Source: Trypethelium eluteriae (lineage: Eukaryota). From it: a DNA stretch of 38,785 nucleotides. The notes under the pieces are model-generated. The model saw only the letters and a program-made list of their open reading frames with translations, did not search any database and was not told the origin of the DNA. Both the position numbers and the translations under genes were made by a program. Below, piece by piece: positions 24,707-37,129 of this stretch. The DNA lies in assembly GCA_051942245.1 (NCBI GenBank), contig JAVECL010000182.1:1-38785 (forward strand), given 5' to 3'. The stretch's first letter is position 1, and each line of letters starts with the position of its first letter.

Positions 24707-27700
24707 ATGACATCGTTCCAAGAGGAGGATTTTGGGCGCCCTTTGCTTGAGCCGATTGCTGTGATTGGCTTCTCATTCAAATTTCCGCAGGAGGCGACAA
24801 CACCAGAAGGGTTCTGGAATTTACTTGAAAATGCCAAATGCGCATCGACAGAATTCCCACCAACGCGCATCAACGGGAATGCATATTATCATCCGGATTA
24901 CAGCCGGCACGATGCAGTAAGTAAAGGGTCTTCATAGTCAATGAAGATTCGAAGATGATGGATTTGTCTTTGGGATCGAGGGGCATGGAACTGACCACCA
25001 CATTCAGTTTCATTTCAAAGGAGGCCATTTCCTAGAAGAAGATCTTGGCTGCTTCGATGCACCGTTTTTTTCCATTCAGCCCGCAGAGGCAATGGCGATG
25101 GATCCTCACCAGAGAAAGCTACTCGAGGTCAGCTATAGAGCGCTTGAAAATGGTATGTCATCAATTGAATGCACTATCGTGATCTTAATGAGATCTAACT
25201 CCCTTATAGCGGGTCTTCCCATCGAAAAAGTCGCGGGGACCCAAACCTCGGTTTTCACCGCCAGCTTCGCAGATGACTATAGATTGATGACGCACAGGGA
25301 TGTCGATTGCATTCCAAAATATGCACTGACCGGTACGACTGGGTCGTTCCTAGCCAACCGCATTAGCTACTTCTACGACCTCAGAGGCGTCAGTATGAAT
25401 ATCGATACCGCTTGCTCCAGTAGCTTGGTCGCTGTTGATCAGGCATGTCAGAGTCTTCGGAACGGCGATTCATCCATGGTAAGTGGCTTTCTAATACTTG
25501 GCCGTCTCTATCATCCAGTCTTGACGGTACCACCATCTGTGCAGGCGCCCAGCTTGGAAGCCGCACTACCCAGAAGTCAAGCCTCCCATGCCAGCCTAGC
25601 TACGAGATGGGTACATTGAGCAGATATCTCAAGAACCATTTTTCATGGGTACTCACTAAGCGAGCCTAGAGTATTGTCACCGGCGGCAACATCATCCTAG
25701 ACCCTGGCAACATGATCGGGCTATCGAACTTGAATTTTTTGTCTCCTGACAGTCGATGCTTTAGTTTTGATGCCAGAGCAAATGGGTACGCACAGGGCGA
25801 GGGAATTGGGGTTGTAATCTTGCAAAGATTATCCGACGCAATCCGAGACAGAGCCTGCATTCGTGCTGTTATTCGTTCAACTGGATCTAGTTCCGATGGA
25901 AGGACGGCTGCTATCTCACAACCAAGCCCACAAGCGCAGGAGAAATTGATCAGAGACACGTACCAGAAGGCGGGTCTGACTCTCAGGCATACCAGATTCT
26001 TCGAAGCGCATGCAACAGGTACGGCCCAGGGAGATCCAATTGAATCATCAGCGATTGGCACCGTTTTCTCGGATCAGCGAGATGATGACGATCCACTGTA
26101 CATGTACGTTAATGCAAATCATGCTGAGGCGGCTAACTCATTACAACCATCAGTGGAGCCGTCAAGTCGAACATTGGCCACCTCGAGGGCGGAAGCGGTA
26201 TAGCGGGGCTGATTAAGACTGTGATGGTACTAGAGAAAGGTCTCATTCCTCCCAATGCCAATTTCGAAAGCCTCAATCCTAAGATTGATGCTAAACATCT
26301 TCATTTCAAGGTACGGGTGGCCGAACATCATTTTGCTCTGCTTGTTAACAGAGAACAGTTTGTAGATAGAACAATTCCGTGGCCTCCAGTGGACATACGT
26401 CGAGCATCTATCAATAGTTTTGGCTTCGGAGGAACCAATGGGCATGTTGTCGTTGAGGATGCTTACAATCACCTTCGCCTCCGAGGTATCGTAGGGCGGC
26501 ATCATACCGTTACCGAGAACATGAGAAATGGACCCAGAGCGAAGATGAAAAATCATTGTACCAATGGCTTGAACGGCACTGCACTTACAAATGGAGAGCT
26601 TGATGCTCATCTAGCAGCGAGGATTCCCAGACTCCTCGTCTGGTCCACAGGAGATCGGGACGGAGTCGGTCGTATCTTGGAGTCCTATCGCGATCACTTC
26701 CGACAAGCATCCAATGAAATCAAGGCTGATCATTACCTAGATGATCTCGCATACACACTTTCCTTGCGCCGGAGTGGCCTTTTGTGGAGAACTTACCAGA
26801 TTGTCACCGCAGCATCAGACCTCGAGCAACTAGACGGCAAGCCACCCACTCCAATAAAACGACTGGCTGTTCCGCGATTGGCCTTTGTCTTTACCGGTCA
26901 GGGTGCACAATGGCCTCGTATGGGTTACGGACTTCTCTCGTGGCCAGAATTTCGAAGGAGCTTGACGGAGGCTGATGCTTACATGAAGTCACTGGGTTGC
27001 GAATGGTCGATCTTTGGTGGGTCTTTCTCAACTGTTTACCTCCTAAAGACCTTACGGCGGCTGGGGAGTTCCTCAACTGGTAATTAATATAATGTTACCT
27101 CAGTTTAACTGTTATGACCATGTTGACCCATGTTAAGGCGGTGTTAACATGGACCAACAAGTTCATAACAGTAAAGTCAAAATAACATTGTATTAATTAC
27201 CTGATGAGGAACCCCCCAGCTCCCGTAAGGGAAATTAAACCCTTCCAAACACATGGCATCCTACAGTGCTTTTTGTAATGAACCATGCGCGGTCGATTCT
27301 AACTTGTTTCCTACAGACGAGCTTGCAAAGGATAAGTCTACCTCTAAACTCCAGAAACCAAATTTGAGCCAGCCAGTCTGCACTGCGATTCAGGTAGCAC
27401 TTGTCGACTTCCTTCGAAGCTTTGACATCATACCATCAGCTGTTACTGGACATTCATCAGGAGAGATCGCCGCGGCGTGAGTACGCTGTCATACGAGGCA
27501 AGTTTAAGCTAATACATTTAAGATACGCGGCCGGAGCTATTTCAGCTAGATCGGCTTGGAAGATAGCCTATTTCCGTGGCCTAGTGGCGGCAGAGTTATC
27601 CTACACTGGAACTGGGGGAGCCATGGCATCAGTCGGCCTATCAGTCGAGGGTATTACGCCGTATCTGAAGAATCTCAAATCTTCGTTCGGCACTTGCGAT

Positions 27701-30700
27701 GTTGTAGTTGCTTGTATCAACAGCCCATCGAATATTACACTCTCGGGAAATCGATATCAGCTGCAGGCATTAATACGTTCTCTTGAAGAAAAGGACATAT
27801 TCAGTCGCATGCTTCGAGTGGACGTTGCTTATCATTCGCCAGAAATGTTACAGCTTGCATCTCAATACTTCAAAAGTCTAGGCTCACTTGAGCGTGGGGA
27901 CGAGTCGAAGATACCTTGCCATATGAGCTCTTCTGTGAGAGGGAAGAAAGTCAGCAATGAGGAACTTCGCAGTCCGCAGTATTGGGTTGACAACCTCACA
28001 AATCCCGTGCAATTTTCTCAAGCACTCGATCAAATGATACAACGCTCCTTTGGTAACTCGAACGGCGATAGACCTGGTGTAGAGCCTATTAACACCATCC
28101 TAGAAGTTGGACCCCATGCAGCTCTCCAGGGACCAATCAAGGAATGCACAAAGCAAGGATCCGAGTCCATCGAATACGCATCCACCTTACTCCGCTTTGC
28201 TTCGGATACCGATGTTTTCTTGAGTTCCGTCGGCAAGCTATGGTGCTTAGGACATCATGTTAGCCTGACAGCCGTCAATCGCGTGGCACAGACTGGATTA
28301 CAGGAGCCGCAGCTTTTGATAAATCTGCCCTCTATGCCATTCGATGAGTCGCGAAAGTACTGGTCTAAGTCACACGTTAGTGATGGTTACCAATTCCGCG
28401 GTCAACCTCGAAATGACTTGCTTGGCACACGAGTGCCGGACTGGGACCCGCTCGATGCAAAATGGAGAAACACCATAAAACTATCGGAACTTGGCTGGGT
28501 GGCTGATCACGTCGTTAACGGAGCCATTTTGTATCCAGGCGCTGGCATGATGGTGATGGCCATTGAAGCCGCGAGACAGACCATTAATACGAAACAAAAA
28601 GTCCGAGGCTATGAAATCCGAAACGTAATGTTCCAGAATTCGATATTCTTACGTGAGGACTCTCCAGGGGTCGAAATATCATTCACACTACGTCGCCTGA
28701 AAGCCAGACGAAATCGCTTCTCGTCTTGGTCTGAGTTCATCCTTTCGTCATATCAAGAAGGGCAATGGATTGAGAACTGCCGAGGCATAATCCGGACCGA
28801 GTTGGAATCAGAGCCAGATAAGAACGGAAACCCCGGCGAAGCAGAATTTGAGCGCCAGGAGTATCATGAGAAACTTAATCGTACCCTTCAATCTTGCAGC
28901 ACTTCACTGCAAATTGGCGAGGTGTATCGATGTTTCAATGAGTCTGGTCTCGACTACGGCCCCTCCTTCCAGCTCTTAGACGACACTAAGAGCGACACGA
29001 AAGATGAAGCTGTATCCAAAGTTCGGCTTTTCCAGGATCCGCAAGACCAATTCGGACGCTCGGACATTGAATATGTGGTACATCCAACGACGCTGGATGC
29101 CTATTTTCACTTGCTTTATGTTACACTGACTGAAGGTTGCACCAAAAACATGCCGACGAGTGTTCCAACGACGCTTCGGAAACTGTGGATTGCCAATGAC
29201 CAATTACGCTTCCCCGAGGCCAGCGATATGGTTGCATATGTTAAACGCTCGCGTCCAACCTCCCTTTTAGACAGATTTTCTCTCTTTGCGCTTGACTCTG
29301 TCGGCGGAGATCTTCTATTAGTAGCTGAAGGCATGGAAATCCAGGCTGTAGCTGATGCGAAGAATAAGTCTGAGACGAACAGCACTGAAATCCAACGCTT
29401 CTACCGTATGGAATACAAGCCAGATGTATCTACCATGCGTAGCGACGAAGTAACCACCTACATACAGCAGATGCCAGACGCATCTGATGACTATAAAGAT
29501 TTCTATGATAAGCTCACACTGCTTCTCCTCATGTTCATAACCCAGACGTCAGTCGAGCTCACGAATGCAGATATTGCGAAGCTTCCAAGTCATCATCGAA
29601 AATATGTCGCATGGATGAAGCGGACTCTAGCCGAGTTTGAAAGCGGAATTCTTCCCAATGCTCCAGCGAAATGGAAGAGTGTGATGTCCGATCACGACTT
29701 GAGAGAAAAGCTCGCAGAAGAGGTCAAGATCGCATCCGCACAAGGTGATCTATTCGTTGAGACTGGACGTAACCTCTTAGGTATACTGCGCGGCGAGGTA
29801 GATGTTCATGAACTATTCTTCCAGGGCTCCCTCGCTGAAGCATTCTACGAAGGCATGTATGCCGTTCCACGCCTGAGGAAGGCGTACAGTTCGTATCTCG
29901 GCGCTCTGGCGCATAAGAATCCAAATATGCGAATATTGGAGGTCGGAGCAGGCACCGGCGGAGCCTCAGTCACTACGCTGGAAGCACTTTCTTCGAGTGG
30001 TGAGGCTGGATCCGGGGTTCCCCCACGATATCAGCACTACGACTACACGGATGTCTCTCCTTTTTTCTTCGAGAAAGCTCGGAATCGATTCCCAGAACAC
30101 CTACCTCGTATGAGGTTCAAACTCTTTGACGTTGGCGACGACCCGATCAAGCAGGGATTCGAGCCGGGGACTTACGATGTGGTTCTTGCTTTTGGTTCCA
30201 TTCATATCACGAATGATTTAGCTACATCGATCCAGCACGTGAGAAAGCTACTTACACCGTAAGTACTTCCCTATTCTTTGGAAGCGGTTCATTGGAAACG
30301 GGTTGAGCTGACCCTTCCAGTGGCGGCAAATTGATTCTAGGCGAGATTACCCGGCCAGAAATTTTGCGGAGCTCTTTCGCATTCGGATTGTTCCCAAGCT
30401 GGTGGTTAGGTAGGCTGCTACTCTCTCTCAAAGTCTTGCAATGACTCTAACTTCAATAGGCTCAGAGGATTATCGCGAATGGGGACCTTCAATTTCGGAG
30501 GACAAATGGCACAAGCTCCTGACTCAAAACGGCTTCTCTGGCAACGATGTCGTCCTCCATGACTATGAGGGAGACAGCTGTCAGGAGGTCAGTATCATCG
30601 TTTCGACTGCTCTGAATGAAGGTATCAACGGCAACGCCGAGCGTGCAGGCCCTAAGATCTATATCGTCGTCAACCTCGAATCGCTGAATCAGACGGAAAT

Positions 30701-33431
30701 TGCAAATCGCTTGCAACAGCAATTGATGCTTGCAGGCCATTCGCCTCAAATAATGGGCCTGCATGAAGTGGCTAACCAAAGCGCGTTCGACCAAGACGCC
30801 TACATCTTCTTGGTAGAATACGAAACTCCATTCCTCCATACTCTCGATTCGAGAGGTTTCAACATGATCAAGTCAATCTTCGTCCGCATGCGAAACGCAT
30901 TGTGGATCACAGGTGGAGGAGGTCACAGCACTGTTCATCCTGGGTTTGGAGCTATCGATGGACTGTCGCGGGCTTTGCGCAATGAGAATGGAAGTCTCAG
31001 GCTCATTACGATTGCTTTGGATGTTTCGAAAATTAACCATGACGACCACGTCAACCACATTCTCCGATGTCTAGAAACCAAGATTTTCCACCCATCGGTT
31101 GGAGATGACGATCAAGAATACATTGAGAAAAGTCACTGTCTGGGAATCAGTCGGCTGGTGCAAGCTGAGCCCCTTCAAAGCCTTTTGGTCAGCCACAAAG
31201 ATGACCAGCCTACCTCGATGCAGAAGATTGCCTTCTGCCCGCCAATGAAGCTCTCAATCAAAAGCCCAGGCCTCCTCGGAACATTAGAGTTTGTCGAGGA
31301 ACAAAGCAACAAGAATCTCGCCGACGACGAAGTTGTGATTAAAGTGGAGGCCGTCGGCATTACAATCGTAGACTGCCTAGCCGTCATGGGGCGCTACAGA
31401 GAGGGCTGGATTGGAGGAGAATGTGCCGGTACAGTCATCCAAACAGGCGAAACTTCCGGCTTTTGCGTCGGCGATCATGTGGCATTTGTAGGTCTCGACA
31501 GTTTCGGTACGAGGGCTCGGTCAAAAACTGCGGTCAAGATTGCCCCTGATCTCTCATTCGCCGAGGCCGCTTCCATACCGGTGTCATTCACCATTGCTTG
31601 GCTTGCCCTGGCAGAGACAGCCAGAATCGCCGCAGGAGAATCAATCCTCATCACGCATGGAGCCTGTGGCGTCGGGCAAGCCTGCATCCAACTGGCGAGA
31701 TACTTTGGTGCGAATATCTTCATCACGGTCAATTCCGTAGCCGAGAAAGAGGCGCTGTTGAAGACTTTCGACATCGCGCCGGAGCGAATTTTATCCCATC
31801 AAGATTTGTTCTTTGCAAACGGTGTCGTCAGACTAAACGGAGGTCAGGGAGTTGATGTTGTCCTTAACGCGCTTGACGAGGATGGTACGGCCGCCCTTTG
31901 GGACTGTGTCGCTCCGTTCTCAAGATTTGTCGAGATTGGACCGGATGCCAAGTCAGACGAGCGCCGCTTGAGACTTCCTTCGCAAAGCAATGTCTCGTAC
32001 AGTACAACGAACTTAAGAACTCTAATCAATGTGCGGCCAAAGATGGCTCAAGATATCCTTCGCCGCGTAATGGCATTGATATCCAGTGGCAAGTTGCAAA
32101 CGCCATGCATGCTTTACACATATTCCGCATCGAATGTGGAAGGAGCTTTCAGAGATTTGCTAGACCGACAAAATGCAGGAAAGAGTATCGTCACTCTCGA
32201 GGATCAAGCGGTTGTGAAGGTAAGTTCACTCAACATTCATGGTAATCCCAAATTTTCAGCTCTTAACTGTCCAAAACAGTGCGTTTCCAGCCCAACACAG
32301 CATTACACTTTCGATCCCAAAGCAACATATTTGATCTCTGGTGGTTTCGGTACTTGCGGTCGGATTATCTCGCACTGGATGGTAGATCGAGGTGTCCGTC
32401 ATCTGGCCCTCCTGTCTCGCTCTGGAGATAGGGGCAATGCCGAGTTCATCGAGTCGTTGCGCAAGAGGGACGTCCAAGTCGAGGCCCCATCATGCGATAT
32501 CAGCAACCAGGCATCGATGAAGCAGACTCTCAACCAAATTAAAGTAGCAATGCCGCCTATCAAAGGCGCCATTCAAGCAGCAACAGTCATCAAAGACTGC
32601 CTCCTTGAGAAGATGTCGTTCGAAGACTGGGATTATGTGATTGGACCCAAGATTCGTGGGTCGTGGAATCTTCACGAACTCCTTCCTTCAGGAATGGACT
32701 TCTACATCATGCTTTCATCAATGGCCGGTCCTGTCGGCTTTGGCACACAGACAAATTATAGCGCCGGTAACACTTATCAAGACGCGCTGGCTCGCTATCG
32801 TCGGTCGATGGGTGAGCGGGCAGTCTCACTTAACCTGGGGCCCATCGATTATGATAGCCCCTATAGTCGCGATCCTCGCGTACAGGAGATCATCTTCCGC
32901 AGCGGCATTCATTACCTACAGTCGCCCAGCGACCTGTGCGATCTCATCGACTACTTTTGTTGTCCACGTCCGGACCGAGAAAGTCAGATTCTGATGGGCA
33001 TTAAGGATCCTGCCAGCATTTGGGCACTCGACAAGCGTGAGCCAGCGTGGATGCAAAGGCCGCTCTTCAGCCATTTCTATACCCGCAATCATAGGGAGGG
33101 GTCGCGAGTAGGAACCGAACAACTCGGAGGGCAGGCCGATATAGCCCGCGCACTAGCTCAAGCTACGTCGATCGAGGAGGCTGGAGCTGTGGTCACCGCT
33201 GCTTTGATCCGGCGGCTATCGTCAATTCTCTCGATCGAGCTAGAAAATATTGACGAAGCCCGTCCGATGCATGCTTATGGCGTCGATTCGCTTGTGGCGG
33301 TCGACATTCGCAACTGGATCGCAAAAGATATCCAGGCAGACCTTGCTATCTTCGACATTCTGGGTGCCGCTTCGATGAAGGAAACCGGGTTATTAGTTGC
33401 CGGGAGATCCAAGTGTCGTGCGACGAAGTAA
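24707..33431 (+). CDS. Highly reducing iterative type I polyketide synthase KS-AT-DH-cMT-ER-KR-ACP (about 2589 aa, 11 exons)
   Basis: Exons 24707-24916, 25008-25152, 25210-25478, 25670-26103, 26154-26310, 26359-27016, 27317-27476, 27523-30258, 30321-30409, 30460-32219 and 32280-33431 join in frame (7770 nt). Motifs: [54 protein letters not shown] plus HPTTLD; c[44 protein letters not shown]. Confidence 0.97.
27050..27230. mobile_element. Fold-back MITE-like element, copy 2 (181 bp, GA on both flanks), inside PKS intron 6
   Basis: Imperfect palindrome CCTTACGGCGGCTGGGG...CCCATGTTAA-(loop 27137-27143)-TTAACATGG...CCCCAGCTCCCGTAAGG, flanked by GA at 27048-49 and 27231-32. It is in the opposite orientation to copy 1 and lies in the 300-nt intron 27017-27316. 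Confidence 0.88.
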
Positions 33432-34854
33432 GAGGCTTTTGAGTTCATGTCGGAAAGACAGTCCTTAGCTGACACAGTAGTTTTGTGCGCTGGGACATAG
33501 ATATCAGCCATAATTGTATACAAGTGAAGTTCAAACAAATGACCGTTACCAAGTCCGGGAGATTTTGCGTAAAGGTGCCTTTTTTTTTTTTTAATTAGAT
33601 TTCAACTAGTTATGAGCACAATAGTGCTTCCCACCTCCTGTCGAATGCGCAGAACTAGAGGAATGAATAAATATAAGTGACTGGTGTGATTTTGCAGCTA
33701 TCCTCGTTGAGATATGTTGGTGCGATGCTCAAAGAAGTTTTGCGCTTGCACTGCATTGTGCAGTTCTTAACAAAACAATAGCGGCGATGCCGGGTATTGA
33801 TTTGAAGGGCCATGAGGCTATGATCCCAGAAAATGACTTCCCCGTGCTTAACTTTGCTGCCACACTCAAGAGTCCAGCTACGTAGGGTGAGCGCAGCATT
33901 TCACCCGAACGACGAGCTGAGCTGCATGGCTCACCGGCGATTCATCTGAGTTCCTCCCGGTGGCTTCAGGGCAGTGGTACGTCAGACACTCAAGAGCTCG
34001 AGGCTCCGGTTTGTTGGCCTTTCGGTCAAGGTCAAGGTCCACAATGTCCTGGTAAAGCGTTTACGCAAATTGAAATGGCGATAGCCATGGCGACAACCTT
34101 TAGAGATTACTCAATCCACTTCGTTATAGACGAGCAGGGTTTGAAAGCGTGCAATGGCGATTCAATAGTAGCGGGGGAGAAGACGAGAGACAAGGCTTTT
34201 GTCATTTTGATCGATGACGTGGAAGCAAACATTATCTTCCAAATGCTGAAAGAGCGACCATTGCGGATACTCAAGCGCAGAGACTGGGCCGAATGCCAAC
34301 CAGTAGTCATTAGCAGTAAAAAGTTGCCAAGATTCTCCAGAGGAGTAGAGGTCTGATGCAACAAGAACATGCACTCATGTTCGGAGAATGAGGTGACCTC
34401 CCGGATGACCTTTCCGAGATCAATTTCGTATAGTTTCCTGTAAAGCGCTAGTGAGCTTTGATCATGCAATAAAAGCATCGTTAGAGCGATATGTAATAAG
34501 ATAAAAGCGCGCTTCTGCGATGAGGTTCTTGTAGTAATGGATAATGAGAAAGTGGGAAGGAGAGAAAATAAGCGGCAAGGGCGACTATGCCGAAAATGGT
34601 GACTTGCCTAAGCCTAAAGGGGACTACCCCGTATCCTGTTCCCAACCTTACTGCAGACCAGATGACACAAATAATGGGAGAACGATTCATGAGATTCATC
34701 AGTTTGTGATGCTGACATCGAACGCCTTCAATAATTCCTTAAGATTTGATCGCTGAATCAACACCCCCGGATTGTCCGAGCGATATGACGGTCAACGCCA
34801 GCAGGCTCAAGACCATCCTCCTTTCTTTCCGGGTCAGAATTTCCTCCCCTGCGC

Positions 34855-35926
34855 CTAGAGAAGAAATGCCTCCAAATACATCATGTTTCGATCGCCCTCC
34901 TTGACCGGCCTTTCACCATCCCCATCACCGAAGACGAAGCCATAGTGGAGCAGGAAGCCCAATCTTTTTGCAAGCATCAGCTTTGAATGAGCTTCAGCTT
35001 CCGAAAGATCCGGGAGGTTCTTGGCCATTGCCGTTCGAAGAAGCTCCTGGAAGGTTACTCGTATCTGCTCAACGTTGCTGTAGTACTTCCATCCATTATT
35101 TTCCATCGTGCCCAGGAAACTCTCCACGCCGTATAATCCTAGTCCGAACGGCACGATCCTCGCGTTATTCCAATCTACGATCCCGGTCAAGTGTCCAGTC
35201 GAAGGATTAATGAGAACGTTCATCTCGGTAAGGTCTTCGTGGCTGAGTGTTAATGGCCACTTTGTGAAAAGTGAATCCAGGCTAGTTCTGATATCTTTAA
35301 TAACTTCTTTAAAGCGGTCAGGTAGGTTCCGAAGTAAAATCTCAAGCTTCTTTTCAATGTCGTCGCGGAGTGATCGTATCTCAGAGTGTGAGAGTCTTTG
35401 GGCTTTCTCCAACTCGGCAATGAAGCATCTAGACAACTTCCTGGTTAGTGACTGTTTGACAGGTATCCAAGTGCCAGAGCCCTTACTGGGCCAGGTCTGT
35501 GACCGTGTTCTGCTTCACCATCCCCTGGTCCACCGAATGTCCGATCGAAGAGGCCATGGCAAGTCGTGCTTCCAGGTGGGTTATCCCCGGTAGTTTCTGC
35601 ATAAGAACAACTTGTAGGGGGGAGTCGTTCCCTATGGTTCCATACGGGATGGTCGTTGGCACGAGATCGCCATGGATTTCCTTTACCAGCTGCAGCAGCT
35701 TTGGATCTATCGGACTTTCTTGAAGAGATCGGAATTGGAAAATGGCGTCCTGCGTCGGACCAGCAACGACCGTGTAACTGCATGCTCCTTGGACTGGGAC
35801 AGGCGCTATGGGATGACCTGCGAGACTGACGGCGAGCCGGTCGCATTCTTGACGTGTCGCGTCGGTCCCGCATTTGGAAAAGAAGTCGAAAATGGAATCG
35901 TCGAGTGTATCGTTTGTTGTATCCAT
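34855..35926 (-). CDS. Aminoglycoside phosphotransferase / protein kinase-like family protein (about 337 aa)
   Basis: Exons are 35926-35487 and 35428-34855 (intron GTAAGG...CTAAC...TAG). Motifs: QGACSYTV, FQFR, LMQKLPG, Brenner-type LSHEDLTEMNVL and GIVDW. Confidence 0.85.
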
Positions 35927-37129
35927 GTGAGGAATCTGGGGATCAATGAGAAAGGGAGGCAAACTTTGGCGTGTGTGGCTTTTTGTTGTAATGTGGACGC
36001 TGTTGGCACTGGGATGTCAAGAATGTGCTGTGATTGCTGCAACAAACGTACCTGAAAACACCTTGAGACTTCACTTGGATTACACAGTGCGGGGAGCCTG
36101 CTCGAAGAAAGGTCACGAAAAAACTGACTTTCCACGCCGTAGTATGATGTCCGATTGGTATGCGTCCTGAGTGGGCTAAAGATAAGCATACGCAGCAATG
36201 ACACGCTCGAATAACCAGGAGACTGCTCTTTTCCCCAACGCCGCTCACCCTGTTGAAGAGCTATGAGAGTTTCTTCTTTTTTCGGTTGAGCGTTTCACTT
36301 CGGTGGATTAACCAGTAAGTCCTATTAGTGTCGAGCAAAGACAATGAAGCAAGTTACCGGAAATGAATCAGCACCAGCATCACGCGATCACATATGTGTA
36401 CCTATGTAATGTGCAGCATAGCACCAAGAATTACGTAGATCATGGACATCCTTCATATCTAAATGACGTTGATTTTCCCTCTCCTTCATCTTCGCTTCGC
36501 TCTTGCCTACAATTACGTTTACAATGACCGGCGTTCCGTTCGCGAGACAGTACGACAGAGGAAGGTGCCTTCTTCAATTGAGAACTGACCTTAAAGTCAT
36601 ATCTCTACTCTGGCATTTTTATTTTGCCCTCTCCACCATTACTAGCGCTGTGACGGTGGCGCTGGACAGTGACAGTATTTAATGAGTGCGGGAACCGGCT
36701 CCAGTGCTACATGAGCGCGATGGAATATGGGAGATTCGAATCCAGAGTTGAAGGGGATTCCTTCCCAATATCGTTCCACAAAGTAAGCTATTAAGGTTTG
36801 CAATCTCCATGCGGCCATGTATACTCTATGACAAGTGCCGATTGGCCTTTGACGAGCACCTTCAACATTGGGTTGCAATCGAGTCGTTGGGTCCTTTTCC
36901 TTCAAACGGCTAACGGATGATCTTTTAGGGTAACTGGCGTAGAGGCTCGGGCAAACAAATCCTGAACGTCTGATGCTAATGCGTTTGTGTTATACCGTCC
37001 TCATTGCAGTAGAGTAGTTGCTTTCGGAGGGAAGCCCCGAACGGCAATCTCCAACCGATATCGTACTCTACCTCACACATGATCCTGCTGGATGACGACC
37101 CATTCAATCCACGAAGACCCGAATTATAG

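Noticed and set aside
25479..25669. Long (191-nt) PKS intron 3 as a possible nested intron or hidden exon
   Set aside because: Simple splicing gives the expected KS sequence (DSSM/SIVTGGN), and no internal repeat or nested splice signals are evident.
24707..33431. PKS appears fragmented or pseudogenised in the ORF track
   Set aside because: All breaks are explained by canonical introns, and the spliced CDS is a continuous 7770-nt frame.
33982..34445. Minus-strand frame interrupted only by TGA codons, a possible CGA>TGA pseudogene
   Set aside because: Stop density is not far from random and no protein family was recognised.
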